DNA of 64,000 bases from Desulfobacterales bacterium (GTDB lineage: Bacteria > Desulfobacterota > Desulfobacteria > Desulfobacterales > UBA2174): positions 704,001 through 768,000 of the forward strand of contig CAXXWC010000021.1 in assembly GCA_963668645.2 (NCBI GenBank), given 5' to 3'. The notes under the pieces were generated by a model. The model was given only the letters and a program-made list of their open reading frames with translations, was not told the origin of the DNA and searched no databases. Both the position numbers and the translations under genes were made by a program. Numbering within the stretch: position 1 is the first letter of the stretch; each line of letters opens with the position of its first letter. Below, one piece after another: positions 1 through 9,994 of this stretch.

Positions 1-281
1 CGACCAGGCTGAGCCGCTTTACAAACGCGCTCTGGAGATTTCAGAAAAGGCCCTCGGGCCAGATCATCCGTCTGTGGCCACCACGCTGAACAATCTGGCC
101 GGGCTCCTGGAAGCACAGGGAAAATACGACCAGGCTGAGCCGCTTTACAAACGCGATCTGGAGATTTCAGAAAAGGCCCTCGGGCCAGATCATCCGTCTG
201 TGGCCACCACGCTGAACAATCTGGCCGGGCTCCTGGAAGCACAGGGAAAATACGACCAGGCTGAGCCGCTTTACAAACGCG
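1..281 (+). repeat. 126-bp tandem direct repeat, about 2.2 copies visible
   Basis: Units start at 1, 127 and 253 (cgaccaggctgagccgctttacaaacgcg...); units 1 and 2 differ at one base (GCT/GAT). Confidence 0.95.
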
Positions 282-418
282 CCATTACCATCCTCGAAGC
301 CTCCCTTGGCCCAGGACATCCAAACACAATCGTGGTTAAAGGCAATTTAGAAAAAATGCTAAAAAATATGCCCAAGCAACCCTATTTAAAACTCTACCGT
401 CAAGCTGGAGCTGAATAG
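1..418 (+). CDS. Tetratricopeptide-repeat protein (42-aa kinesin-light-chain-type TPRs), C-terminal part, 5' truncated by the window
   Basis: Frame open from position 2: DQAEPLYKRALEISEKALGPDHPSVATTLNNLAGLLEAQGKY repeated; ends ...GPGHPNTIVVKGNL...; stop at 416-418. Confidence 0.9.
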   Translation, partial: DQAEPLYKRALEISEKALGPDHPSVATTLNNLAGLLEAQGKYDQAEPLYKRDLEISEKALGPDHPSVATTLNNLAGLLEAQGKYDQAEPLYKRAITILEASLGPGHPNTIVVKGNLEKMLKNMPKQPYLKLYRQAGAE

Positions 419-717
419 TGAGAAAGCGGCCGGGCAACCCGTCACCACGTCCTGTCCCATTTGGAACTTTACCAATCCGCCCTCCCCTGATTTGCCGGTG
501 CAATCCACCGCAACCACGGAAGGAAAGCGCCATGAGCGTTCACAAGCTCACCGGCGGCGTCCACGCTATAAATCCGCTGGCGCCAAATCGACGTCAATGC
601 TAATAAGTCCCGATTCTTGCGTTTCGCAAGGGGCGGCCCAAGATTGGCCGGGTGCCTCTTGCAGCCGCAGTTCAAGAAAATTCCGGCCAATAGGCCGGGT
701 TTTGCTGCTTGGATCTT

Positions 718-1593
718 TCAAAGAGAAATCTGAAAAAGCCGGGTCGCGTTGCGCCACAGGATATTTTCGAGAAGATCCTGGGGCAGATTGCGGGCCGCCA
801 GCAGGCGGATCTCCCGGTCCCAGGCATAGGGCAGATTGGGAAAATCGGTGCCGAAAAGAATCCTGTCGGCGCGAAGATCGGTCAGTTCCGGCACGCCCTC
901 AAAGGGCAGGTAGCCGGCCAGGGCCATGGTGGTGTCGAGCCAGAGGTTGTCGTAGTCCTGGATCAGGCGGCGGTATTCTCCGAACTCGTCGGCCCCCAGA
1001 TGCGGGACACAGAGTTTGAGATCCGGATATTTTTTCAAAATCGCCTCGATCCAGTCGGCACGGCAGATGAGGTGGGGATCGCAAGGGTAATGCGGGCTCC
1101 ACGGTTCGCGGCCCGCGTGGACCACAAGCGGCTTTTGAAACGCGCGGCAGACACGGCAGACCGCGTCGAAGGGGGCACCGTCCAGCGCAAAACACTGTAC
1201 GTGGGCATGCAGCTTGACCCCGGCCAGCCCCGAGGCGAAGGCCTCTTCAAGGATCGATGCCGCTCCGGCCTCACCGGGAAAAACCGTGGCCATACCGGTC
1301 AGACGGACATCGTCGCGGCACAGCTCGGCCATGAAACGGTTGAGTGCCGCCGCGATGCCGGGCCGGTGGGCGTATTGCATCAGCACCAGGTGGTCCAGGC
1401 CGCGTTCTTTCAGGAAATTGACGCCTGCACCGGCGTCGAGCCGGTAGCGCACCGGCCAGGCATAGGCATCAAACCAGGACCAGACCGCCTCGAAAAGGGC
1501 CGGCGGAAAGACATGGACATGGGCGTCGATTACCGGCGGCAGCCCGCAAGGCAGGCGGTCACCCTCGGCGTCGTTCAGGGACGACGTTCTCAT
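718..1593 (-). CDS. Amidohydrolase family protein (Amidohydro_2)
   Basis: VIDAHVHVF, GVKLH, HAG, PHLG, RILFGTDFP motifs; start placed at MRTSS. Confidence 0.85.
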   Translation of the reverse strand: MRTSSLNDAEGDRLPCGLPPVIDAHVHVFPPALFEAVWSWFDAYAWPVRYRLDAGAGVNFLKERGLDHLVLMQYAHRPGIAAALNRFMAELCRDDVRLTGMATVFPGEAGAASILEEAFASGLAGVKLHAHVQCFALDGAPFDAVCRVCRAFQKPLVVHAGREPWSPHYPCDPHLICRADWIEAILKKYPDLKLCVPHLGADEFGEYRRLIQDYDNLWLDTTMALAGYLPFEGVPELTDLRADRILFGTDFPNLPYAWDREIRLLAARNLPQDLLENILWRNATRLFQISL

Positions 1594-1694
1594 TGTAAAA
1601 AATCCGGACCGGTTGGCAATTGATCTGCGAAGCTTTAGCGAGGGTTTAAAACAGATTCCGACATACAATCGTCGTGACGCCTTGTCAAGTTGAC

Positions 1695-2840
1695 ATGCTG
1701 AAAGACAAAACACTCCAATCCGAACTCGAAAAACGGATCCTGAAAGGTCTGGGCTGTGAATACGAAGAGGCCCTGAGCTTTCTGGAGCCCCCTTTTCGCG
1801 ACCGTTTGGCGCGCCCCCTCTTGCGTCTTGGCGATCTGAAAGGCCGATGGGGCCAATGGGCCCCGGAACGCAGGGAAATCTGTCTGAGCCGTGAACTGGT
1901 TTTCAATTACCCCTGGGGAGCGGTGCGCGAGGTGCTGCGCCACGAAATGGCCCACCAACTGGCCGGCCTGATCAGCTCCAGCGACCATCGCCCCCACGGA
2001 GAAGCCTTCCGCGAGGCCTGCCGCCGGCTGAGGGCCGATCCGGCCGCCACCGCCAACTATCGGGCTCTGGACCAGCGCGCGAGCTGCAGCACCCAGGCCC
2101 CCCAAGACCGGCTGCGTCTGCGGGTGCAAAAACTTTTCGCCCTGGCCGAAAGCGCCAATCCCCACGAAGCGGCCAGCGCCATGCGCAAGGCCCGGGAATT
2201 GATTGCCCGCCATGGCATCGGCCGACCGCAGGAGACCTGGTCAGAACCGCATCTGAGCATCCTGATCGGCAAACCGGCCTTGCGCCATTTCCGGGACGAA
2301 TACCTGCTGGCCCAACTGGTGATGGATCTTTACGGGGTTGCAGGCGTCTGGGTGCCGGCCTTTGCCCTGGAAAAAGAGCGCATGGGAAGCGCCCTGGAAA
2401 TCAGCGGACGTCCGGCCCAGATTCAGGTGGCGGCCTATGCCCATGAATTTGTATGCCGCTTTATCGAAAACTGCTGGCAACAAGACCTGAAGCTGCGCGG
2501 CCGCGGCCGGCGCTCCCGGAAAGATTTTGCCGTGGGGGTGATCGAAGGCTTTCGCGCCAAGACGATCCGTAAAAGCGCAGCTTCAAAACCGCCACCAGCC
2601 GACGAAGAGAGCCTCGTTGCGATTCGGGATCCGGCTTTAACGGCCTATTTGCGGCAAAGATACTCCCGGCTGCGCAGCTTTCGCCGCGGGGGCGGGCGCA
2701 TCGACGCGACGGCCTACGGGGCCGGGCTGGAACAAGGACGCCATCTGGTCATCCGGGAAGGGATAGGCAACGCCGGCCCATCGCGGCCGGCACTCGGCGC
2801 AGAGGTGCCTAAATTAGGCTCCGGATCAAACAAAGCCTGA
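1695..2840 (+). CDS. SprT-like zinc metalloprotease with DUF2786 domain
   Basis: LRHEMAHQ (HExxH) plus HGEAF; RVQKLFALAESANPHEAASAMRKARELIARHGI matches the DUF2786 pattern. Confidence 0.8.
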   Translation: MLKDKTLQSELEKRILKGLGCEYEEALSFLEPPFRDRLARPLLRLGDLKGRWGQWAPERREICLSRELVFNYPWGAVREVLRHEMAHQLAGLISSSDHRPHGEAFREACRRLRADPAATANYRALDQRASCSTQAPQDRLRLRVQKLFALAESANPHEAASAMRKARELIARHGIGRPQETWSEPHLSILIGKPALRHFRDEYLLAQLVMDLYGVAGVWVPAFALEKERMGSALEISGRPAQIQVAAYAHEFVCRFIENCWQQDLKLRGRGRRSRKDFAVGVIEGFRAKTIRKSAASKPPPADEESLVAIRDPALTAYLRQRYSRLRSFRRGGGRIDATAYGAGLEQGRHLVIREGIGNAGPSRPALGAEVPKLGSGSNKA

Positions 2841-2856
2841 GCCGCTTGCGCACAGA

Positions 2857-2887
2857 CAGGACTTGCCGGTGAAACCGGCAAGTCTTG
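2857..2887. terminator. Strong hairpin after the SprT gene, possible terminator
   Basis: caggacttgccggt-gaa-accggcaagtcttg; 14-bp stem with one G-U pair; no clear poly-U tail. Confidence 0.45.
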
Positions 2888-2960
2888 GATTCAGCGGGAA
2901 CCGCCGGCCCGCAAATGCCTTGTCCATGCCAGTTGGAAGAAAGCCGGCCGGATTTTCCCG

Positions 2961-2989
2961 TTGACACTAAACCCGCGATTGCCTACTGT
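2961..2989 (+). promoter_or_regulatory. Putative sigma70 promoter for the cyclase-FHA/PP2C genes
   Basis: TTGACA-17 nt-TACTGT, about 60 nt upstream of ATG 3049. Confidence 0.5.
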
Positions 2990-3048
2990 TTCCAATAGGA
3001 TCAAGGCTGGCTAAACGTCATCATCTCCCATTCTTCCCCGAGGCCTGA

Positions 3049-3951
3049 ATGCCCCGCGAAACAAAAACCATGGCCATTCTTTTCGCCGACCTGGTGAAAA
3101 GCACGCAACTTTACGAGGTGCTGGGCAACCGCAAGGCCCAGTTGGTCGTCAACCGCTGTCTTGACCTTCTGGCGCGCATCAGCATTCATTATCGGGGTAT
3201 GGTCGTCAAAACCATCGGCGACGAAATCATGTGCGCCTTTGAAGATGCCGAAGATGCAGTCAAGGCAGCCACGGAGATGAACAAATCTCTGGAAATATAC
3301 AGTTTTCCGGAGATGCCGGGTTTTCAGGCGCCAAACCTCCATATCGGTATCCAGTACGGACCGGTCATTTGCCATTCGGGCGACATCTTCGGCGATACGG
3401 TCAACATGGCGTCCGGTATGACCGCTCTGGCCAAACCGCGCCAGATCTTCGCGGGCCAACAGGTCATCGACGCGCTTTCACCCAGAACCCGGCAGAGCGC
3501 CCGCCTCGTCGACCGGACCGTGCTCAAAGGCAAGGCCGGAGAGTTCGATATTTACGAAGTGATCTGGGAACAAAAGGATGTTACGGTCATCCTTGATGAA
3601 GGGCTGCCCCCTCAGGGTCCCCGGTGCGACATCGAGCTGCGGTTCCGGGATCAGGTCCTGTCGATGGATTCACACTACCCTTCGGCCAGCCTGGGACGCC
3701 AGCCGCACAATGATATTGTGGTGCCCAACGACCGGGTCTCGCGATCCCATGCACGCATCGAGTACCGCCGCGGCAAATTCGTCCTGATTGACCAGAGCAC
3801 CAACGGCACCTTCATTACCATCACGGGAAAACCCACGGCAGTTATCCGGCGTGAAGAATTCGTTTTGGATGAAAGCGGCACCATCGGCCTGGGGCGTGAG
3901 GTTAAACCCGATTCACCCGAGGCAATCGTCTATCTTGTCACACGGTCCTGA
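3049..3951 (+). CDS. Class III nucleotidyl cyclase domain plus C-terminal FHA domain
   Basis: ILFADLVKST, VKTIGDEIM, DIFGDTVN; FHA motifs LGR, VSRSHA, DQSTNGTF. Confidence 0.9.
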   Translation: MPRETKTMAILFADLVKSTQLYEVLGNRKAQLVVNRCLDLLARISIHYRGMVVKTIGDEIMCAFEDAEDAVKAATEMNKSLEIYSFPEMPGFQAPNLHIGIQYGPVICHSGDIFGDTVNMASGMTALAKPRQIFAGQQVIDALSPRTRQSARLVDRTVLKGKAGEFDIYEVIWEQKDVTVILDEGLPPQGPRCDIELRFRDQVLSMDSHYPSASLGRQPHNDIVVPNDRVSRSHARIEYRRGKFVLIDQSTNGTFITITGKPTAVIRREEFVLDESGTIGLGREVKPDSPEAIVYLVTRS

Positions 3952-4053
3952 ACCTGAACGTCCGCACCGGCCAACGTATTGAAAACGTGGGAGACGATTT
4001 CCAAGCGCTGATGATCCGGATTCAGCGGCGCTTTTATAAAGGCTTGTGATTCC

Positions 4054-4824
4054 ATGCCCATACATATCCGCATCGCCGCCGCAACAGACCGGGGGCAGGT
4101 GCGCAGCCAAAATCAGGATTTTCACACCTACTGCATCCCCGAACTTGGCGTGCGCGATTCCAAGGGGATCCTCTTGGCCGTGGCCGACGGGATGGGAGGG
4201 CACGCCGGTGGCGAGCAGGCCTCACGCCTTGCCGTCGAAACCCTGATGGCGGAGTATTATCGCCCTGCGCAGCTTCCCATCCGCGAAAGTCTGGAAAAGG
4301 CCGCAATCAAGGCCAATGCCGCCGTGAAGCAACGCGCGGCCGAAGAGCCGACCTTGAGGGGCATGGGCAGCACCCTTACTGCCCTGGTTCTTCAGCAGGA
4401 AAAGATCTGCTATGCCCACGTGGGCGACAGCCGCGGCTATCTGATCCAAAACGGCACGCTGACCCAGTTTACCCAAGACCATTCGTTGGTCGCCGACCTG
4501 GTGCGCGCCGGGGTCATCACGCCGCAAGATGCGAGAAAGCATCCGGACCGCAACATCATCACCCGGGCCATCGGCATGGAAATGGCTTTCGACGTTGACG
4601 TCGCCGAACTTCCCGCCCCTCCTCGCTGCGGCCAGACCTATCTGCTTTGCTGCGATGGATTGCACGGCCAGCTGACGGCAGCCGAGATCCAGTCGATCCT
4701 TTTGGGCACCGGCGACCTCCAGATCGCATGCCAGCAGTTGGTGGACAAGGCCAACGCCTACGGGGGGCCGGACAACATCACGGTGATGCTGGCACGGGTG
4801 GAAAATAGCGGCTCAAGTCATTGA
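4054..4824 (+). CDS. PP2C/Stp1-family Ser/Thr protein phosphatase
   Basis: TDRGQVRSQNQD, VADGMGGH, HVGDSRGY, LCCDGL, GGPDNIT. Confidence 0.93.
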   Translation: MPIHIRIAAATDRGQVRSQNQDFHTYCIPELGVRDSKGILLAVADGMGGHAGGEQASRLAVETLMAEYYRPAQLPIRESLEKAAIKANAAVKQRAAEEPTLRGMGSTLTALVLQQEKICYAHVGDSRGYLIQNGTLTQFTQDHSLVADLVRAGVITPQDARKHPDRNIITRAIGMEMAFDVDVAELPAPPRCGQTYLLCCDGLHGQLTAAEIQSILLGTGDLQIACQQLVDKANAYGGPDNITVMLARVENSGSSH

Positions 4825-4836
4825 GCCGGATGGATC

Positions 4837-5397
4837 CTACTTGAGCTGGTTCAAGGCCTTGAGCACATCATCGGTAATGTCCACTTCCGGGTCAAGATAG
4901 CCGACCACATCGGGATCCTTGAGGATGATGGAAAATTTCTTCTTTCTGGCCACATCTTTGAGTATCCCATCGGCCGCCTTTAAAATCGTGGCCACCAATT
5001 CGCGATCTTCGCGCTGGATGTCCTCCTTGGCATCGGCCACCAGCCGCTGATAGTCTTTGTAAACCCCCTGCAAATGTTCGGCTTTTTCCTTCCTCTCGGC
5101 CTCATTCATCTTCTGGCCGCGGGTATTGAGTTCCTCGCGAAGTTGCTTGACAATCTCGCCTTGACGATCGACTTCCTTTTGCTTTTTTTCGCGCAACTGG
5201 GAAAGATCGGCCCGCGCCTTCTGCCCCATCTGCGATTCTCTCACCAGGCGCTTGAGGTTGATGAAGCCGACCTTGCCGTCGGCCGCTTCCGCAGTTGCAA
5301 GGGTAGGCCCCGTAGAGCATGAAATCCCGGCCAGGAAGATCAGCACCAGGGGCAAAAACAGGGCAGGTCGCTTTTGGGATCGCATCACTACGGTCAT
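4837..5397 (-). CDS. OmpH/Skp outer membrane chaperone
   Basis: Signal peptide, KVGFINL, long coiled coil, C-terminal DITDDVLKALN. Confidence 0.85.
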   Translation of the reverse strand: MTVVMRSQKRPALFLPLVLIFLAGISCSTGPTLATAEAADGKVGFINLKRLVRESQMGQKARADLSQLREKKQKEVDRQGEIVKQLREELNTRGQKMNEAERKEKAEHLQGVYKDYQRLVADAKEDIQREDRELVATILKAADGILKDVARKKKFSIILKDPDVVGYLDPEVDITDDVLKALNQLK

Positions 5398-5400
5398 GGT

Positions 5401-6168
5401 TTACCCTCCATCTTTTTCATCCCCAAACGGTTGACTATCTTTGAGGCCGCCGCCGTAGAGGTCCGATGGCGGCGGCCAGAATCCGGCGCCGAGAATCCCC
5501 CTGGCCAGGGCCAGATCTTCCGGAGTCGTGATCTTGATGTTCAAACGATGGCCGGGGATGGTTTGCACCCGCTCGCCCAGGGCCTCGACCAAAGCGGCGT
5601 CATCGGTGGCGGTCAAACCGGCTTCCCGGGCGCTATGGTGAGCCAGGCGAATCAACCCCAGCCTGAATGTCTGTGGCGTCTGGGCCAAATACAGCCGCCG
5701 GCGGTCCATCGATTCGACCACCAAACCTGCGCCGTCCACCCGTTTGACCGCCTCGGTGACCGGAATGACCGGCACACAACTGCCGCAAGTTCGGGCTGTG
5801 GCCACACAACGATCAATAAAACCGGGAGATACAAAAGGGCGCACCCCGTCATGAATGGCCACCACGGTATCGTCGCCCAGGGACGCCAGGACCGCCAACC
5901 CGTTGTAGACCGAGACCTGCCGCTCGGCTCCGCCGTCGACCAGCTCAACAGGCGTGCGCAGCCCCAAAGGCGCGACGACAATCTGCCGGCACAGATCCCG
6001 ATCACGCCGCGGCACGGCCAAGACGATGCGCTCGATGCTCGGCGCCCGCTCGAAAGCGACCAGGACATGCCCAAGAATGGGAGCCCCGGCCATGTCGAGG
6101 AACTGTTTGGCGCGGTCGGCCCCCATACGCTGGCCCCGGCCGGCGGCGACGATCAAGGCGATGGACAT
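5401..6168 (-). CDS. ispD: 2-C-methyl-D-erythritol 4-phosphate cytidylyltransferase
   Basis: AAGRGQRMG, KQFL, GGAERQVSV, IHDGVRP, QTPQTF, TDDA, NIKITTPEDL. Confidence 0.95.
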   Translation of the reverse strand: MSIALIVAAGRGQRMGADRAKQFLDMAGAPILGHVLVAFERAPSIERIVLAVPRRDRDLCRQIVVAPLGLRTPVELVDGGAERQVSVYNGLAVLASLGDDTVVAIHDGVRPFVSPGFIDRCVATARTCGSCVPVIPVTEAVKRVDGAGLVVESMDRRRLYLAQTPQTFRLGLIRLAHHSAREAGLTATDDAALVEALGERVQTIPGHRLNIKITTPEDLALARGILGAGFWPPPSDLYGGGLKDSQPFGDEKDGG

Positions 6169-6208
6169 GGCAGCAATGCTTCCAGCGCGCAAAACGCAAC
6201 AACATGCG

Positions 6209-7519
6209 TCAGCGCAGGTAATCGAGTTCTTTCGGCAAGGGGATCCCTTTGCCCATCGAATCCTCTCCGTAATTGACCCGCGCTAAAATCTCAATGTCGG
6301 CCAGGGCCCGGGCGTCGCCTTCAAAAACCACCGTGTCGCGTTTCTCCTTGTTGATCTTTCCGCCGGCCCATTGAATATCGAGCACACTGCTGGCATCGAA
6401 GCGGTCTTCACCGACCACCAGCTCGACCTGACCGCCGAAGTACTGCACGATCTTGGCCACCAGCAGGCTCGGCCGACTGTGAAAGCCGAGTTTCTGGGGA
6501 ATGCCGACCCGGATGGAGCCCCGCTCGATGTTTTCGTTGAGGATGTCCTGGGCCAACTTTTTACCGCTGTTCAGGTAATGGCATACCCAGTACAACCCGT
6601 AGTTGATGGTCCGGTCGAGCAGCTCCCGCGGATCGACCAGGGCGGCCAGCCGGTCCTGCACCTGTTTATAGATCGACTTGTAACCGGCCTCATGCAGATG
6701 GCGCTCGTAAAAATGCAACAGCCGGCCGATCATCTGCAAGAGGTGAAAAACCACCGAAAAATGACCGCGCAGGGCCTTGAGCTTGCGGTCGCCGAAACGA
6801 TAGCCGCCATGGATCACATAGGTGTCGAAGGACGACTGCAGGTTGTGCACCAGCATCTCGAAGCGGCGGATTTCCACTTCGTTGATCCTGTCGGGCACCA
6901 TGTGTCGAATCGTCTCCAGATCCACGGGCTCGAACAGCCCCAGGTCATCGAATCTTCCAGCGATATTGATCAGTTCACTGGCGATTTTGACGATGTTCTT
7001 CTTCTGCTGGTCTTTGTTTGTGTCATAGATGTCATAGTCGAGCTGCTCGTTGGTGGTCACGCCCGGAAAATCCGCCATGGTGTAATCACCCGCAGGGATG
7101 GGGATCTTCAGGTGTTCAGCCTCCTCCAGGATCACCGGTGCCAGGCGCATTAGGCAGGTGCGCAGGAAAAAGAGGCTCCGGGTGCCCTGGGCCTCGAAGT
7201 CCTCTGTATCTTTGAGTCCGTAAAAAAGCAGGCGATTGGCAATATGGGTCTGGGAGTATCCCCCAAGGCTCAAATGCCTCACCGTCGCGGCCAGTTCACG
7301 GTAGAAATACCAGTTTGAATTGTTCTTGGCGCCGTGAAAATCGAGAAAATCCTCCAGCACCTGAGAGGATCCGATCAGGGTGGAAAACAACTTCTTGGTA
7401 AAAAGATACTCAGGCGAATCGAAGCGCGCGATGAATTTGCAGCACTTGAGGTAGTCGTGGGAAAAAATTCGCACCCTCTCGGCGAACGTAATGTCGCCTA
7501 CAATGTGTTGGAACTGCAT
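6209..7519 (-). CDS. HPr-domain protein with a large uncharacterised N-terminal region
   Basis: C-terminal GFHSRPS (His15 motif) and DASSVLDI (Ser46 motif); about 335-aa N-terminal extension. Confidence 0.75.
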   Translation of the reverse strand: MQFQHIVGDITFAERVRIFSHDYLKCCKFIARFDSPEYLFTKKLFSTLIGSSQVLEDFLDFHGAKNNSNWYFYRELAATVRHLSLGGYSQTHIANRLLFYGLKDTEDFEAQGTRSLFFLRTCLMRLAPVILEEAEHLKIPIPAGDYTMADFPGVTTNEQLDYDIYDTNKDQQKKNIVKIASELINIAGRFDDLGLFEPVDLETIRHMVPDRINEVEIRRFEMLVHNLQSSFDTYVIHGGYRFGDRKLKALRGHFSVVFHLLQMIGRLLHFYERHLHEAGYKSIYKQVQDRLAALVDPRELLDRTINYGLYWVCHYLNSGKKLAQDILNENIERGSIRVGIPQKLGFHSRPSLLVAKIVQYFGGQVELVVGEDRFDASSVLDIQWAGGKINKEKRDTVVFEGDARALADIEILARVNYGEDSMGKGIPLPKELDYLR

Positions 7520-7595
7520 CTCCGATAGCTCCCCCCACCCCACGATGTGCGATTGTACGATGCGAATTTTCGGATATTGGTGCCCGACAGCGGAT

Positions 7596-8768
7596 CTACA
7601 TCATATCCTTCTGTGTATCGGCGACGGCCTGGTCAAGCCTGTTCTGCAGCTGGGGCGGCAACCCCTCTATGTTCACGTTGAGAAAACCGCGCACGATGGT
7701 CGACACGGCCGTCTCTTCGTCCAGTCCGCGCGCCATGAGGTATTCGATTTCATGGCGGTCGATCTTGCCCACGGCCGCCTCGTGGCTCATCTCGACCCCC
7801 GGCACATGGCCGGACAACTCGGGAATGGCGTGCATCAGCCCATCGTTGAGAATCAGCCCCTTGCACTCGAGATGGGCTTTGATACCGGCCACCTTGCCCA
7901 CCAGATCGCCGCGGGCGATGATGTTGCCCCCATAGGTGATGGCCCTGGAAATGATTTCGGCCCGGGTTTCCGGCGCTTCGAGGACGATGCGCGCCCCGAC
8001 GTCGAGGTGGCTGCCGCGGCTGGCGACCAGAATGCTGTTGAAGCGCCCCACCGCGCCGCGTCCGGCCAGATACGTGGTGGGAAACATCTGCAGCGACCCC
8101 AGGGGTCTGAGGGAGATGTAGTTGGAAACCAGGACGCCGTCCTCCTCCACCACGGTGACCGATCGGGGCCGCACATTGACGTTCTCGCCCCAGTCATGGA
8201 TCATGGTGAAGGTCAGGCGCCCCCCTTTCTTGACGTAAAACTCGGACACCCCGATGTGCAAACCGGCCGTCAGATGAGGCGCCGTGGCACACCCGGTGAT
8301 GATGTGCATCTCGGCCCCTTCTTCAACGATAACGATGTTGTGCACATTCTGGGCGAAACGGTCCTTGGCGATATACAAACAGGATTGCACCGGCTGGGCC
8401 ACCTTGACCCCGGCCTGGGCGCGGATGAAATAGCCTTCGGCCGGAGCGGCCTTGGCATGGGCCGTGATCTCGTCCTTTTCCGGGGAGATATGCCGCCACA
8501 GATATTCGTCCAGCCACCGGTGTTTGGCCAGCGCCTGGTTGATCCCCATGATCTCCAGACCGTCTTGCTGGGTGCGGCAGTGGACCACGCTGCGGTCCAT
8601 CTGGATAAAGGTGCCGGACCGCTCGCCGGTATCGGTGCTGACCCCTACCTGGAGAAATTTACCGGCGTCAGCCGGGGCCACCTGGCCTAAATCGTCGAGG
8701 TACTCGTGGGCATCCGCCTCGGTCCGGTACTGTTTGAAATCGATCCCTTCCCCGTTCACATCGCGCAT
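7596..8768 (-). CDS. SufB/SufD-family Fe-S assembly protein (SmsB-like)
   Basis: GHLECxG-type motif (AHLECKGL), AIPEL, SHEAAVGKI, YLMARGL, IVRGF. Confidence 0.88.
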   Translation of the reverse strand: MRDVNGEGIDFKQYRTEADAHEYLDDLGQVAPADAGKFLQVGVSTDTGERSGTFIQMDRSVVHCRTQQDGLEIMGINQALAKHRWLDEYLWRHISPEKDEITAHAKAAPAEGYFIRAQAGVKVAQPVQSCLYIAKDRFAQNVHNIVIVEEGAEMHIITGCATAPHLTAGLHIGVSEFYVKKGGRLTFTMIHDWGENVNVRPRSVTVVEEDGVLVSNYISLRPLGSLQMFPTTYLAGRGAVGRFNSILVASRGSHLDVGARIVLEAPETRAEIISRAITYGGNIIARGDLVGKVAGIKAHLECKGLILNDGLMHAIPELSGHVPGVEMSHEAAVGKIDRHEIEYLMARGLDEETAVSTIVRGFLNVNIEGLPPQLQNRLDQAVADTQKDMM

Positions 8769-9514
8769 CGAAAGCACTCCTCGTATCCGTATTCACCGAT
8801 CCACTTGAGGATCTCCCGGGCATTGCGGCTACAGCAAAGATGACCGTTGTACAGCACCTGTCCCCGGTCGGCGGTGATATAGTCCAGGATGTGACCGGTG
8901 TGGGTGATCACCAGAGCGCTCTTGGGCCGGGAGGTGAACATCTCTTTGTGCGTTTTGCCGGCCGGGAACTTCACCCCCCGGTGCAGCAGGTGATTGATGG
9001 TATCCCCCAGCAGGACGATGTTTTCCAGGTCGACACCCGATTCGGGCTCATCGAGCAGCACCAGGTCCGGATCCTGGGCCAGCAGCTGCATCAGTTCGCT
9101 GCGCTTGATCTCTCCGCCGGACAGATGACTATTCACGTCCCGCTCGAGAAACTGACTGCAGTTGACCTGTCGGGCCAGCTCTTCCACCTCCACCGGCCGA
9201 TCTCCGGCACAGACCTGCACCAGCTGCCCGGTCTTAAGGCCGTTGATCGTCGGCGGGCGTTGAAAGGCGATCCCGATGCCCAGCCGGGCCCGCTCGTGGA
9301 TCGGCATGCGGGTGATGTCCTGTCCCTTGAACACGATCCGGCCGTGGGTCACGTCATAGCCGGAAAAGCCCATCAGGGTCATCATCAGGGTCGATTTGCC
9401 CGATCCGTTGGGCCCAAAGAGGATATGGGTTTCTCCGGGCGGGATTTCCATATTGATGTTTTTGAGGATCGGCTTTCCGCCGATCTCTACGGTCAAATCT
9501 TCGATGGTCAGCAT
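8756..9514 (-). CDS. sufC: SufC-like Fe-S assembly ABC ATPase (SmsC-like)
   Basis: GPNGSGKST, LSGGEIKR, LLDEPESGVD, ITH; C-terminal CFRC; overlaps the SufB-like gene. Confidence 0.85.
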   Translation of the reverse strand: MLTIEDLTVEIGGKPILKNINMEIPPGETHILFGPNGSGKSTLMMTLMGFSGYDVTHGRIVFKGQDITRMPIHERARLGIGIAFQRPPTINGLKTGQLVQVCAGDRPVEVEELARQVNCSQFLERDVNSHLSGGEIKRSELMQLLAQDPDLVLLDEPESGVDLENIVLLGDTINHLLHRGVKFPAGKTHKEMFTSRPKSALVITHTGHILDYITADRGQVLYNGHLCCSRNAREILKWIGEYGYEECFRCAM

Positions 9515-9560
9515 GGCATTCCGTTGCGGATTATAGGTTGGATTTGCATGATGCGAAATC

Positions 9561-9960
<400 letters not shown>

Positions 9961-9994
9961 CCGATCCTGAATCTCAAATCTCGGATTTCAAATT

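Noticed and set aside
1..281. Repeat considered as a CRISPR array
   Set aside because: Contiguous in-frame coding repeats with no spacers; no cas genes in the window
418..710. Small ORFs or an IS remnant after the TPR gene
   Set aside because: No transposase motifs, terminal inverted repeats or other support
1683..1695. TGTCAA-G-TTGACA palindrome between divergent genes
   Set aside because: Explicable as a -35 box abutting a start codon; the matching -10 is weak and there is no other evidence
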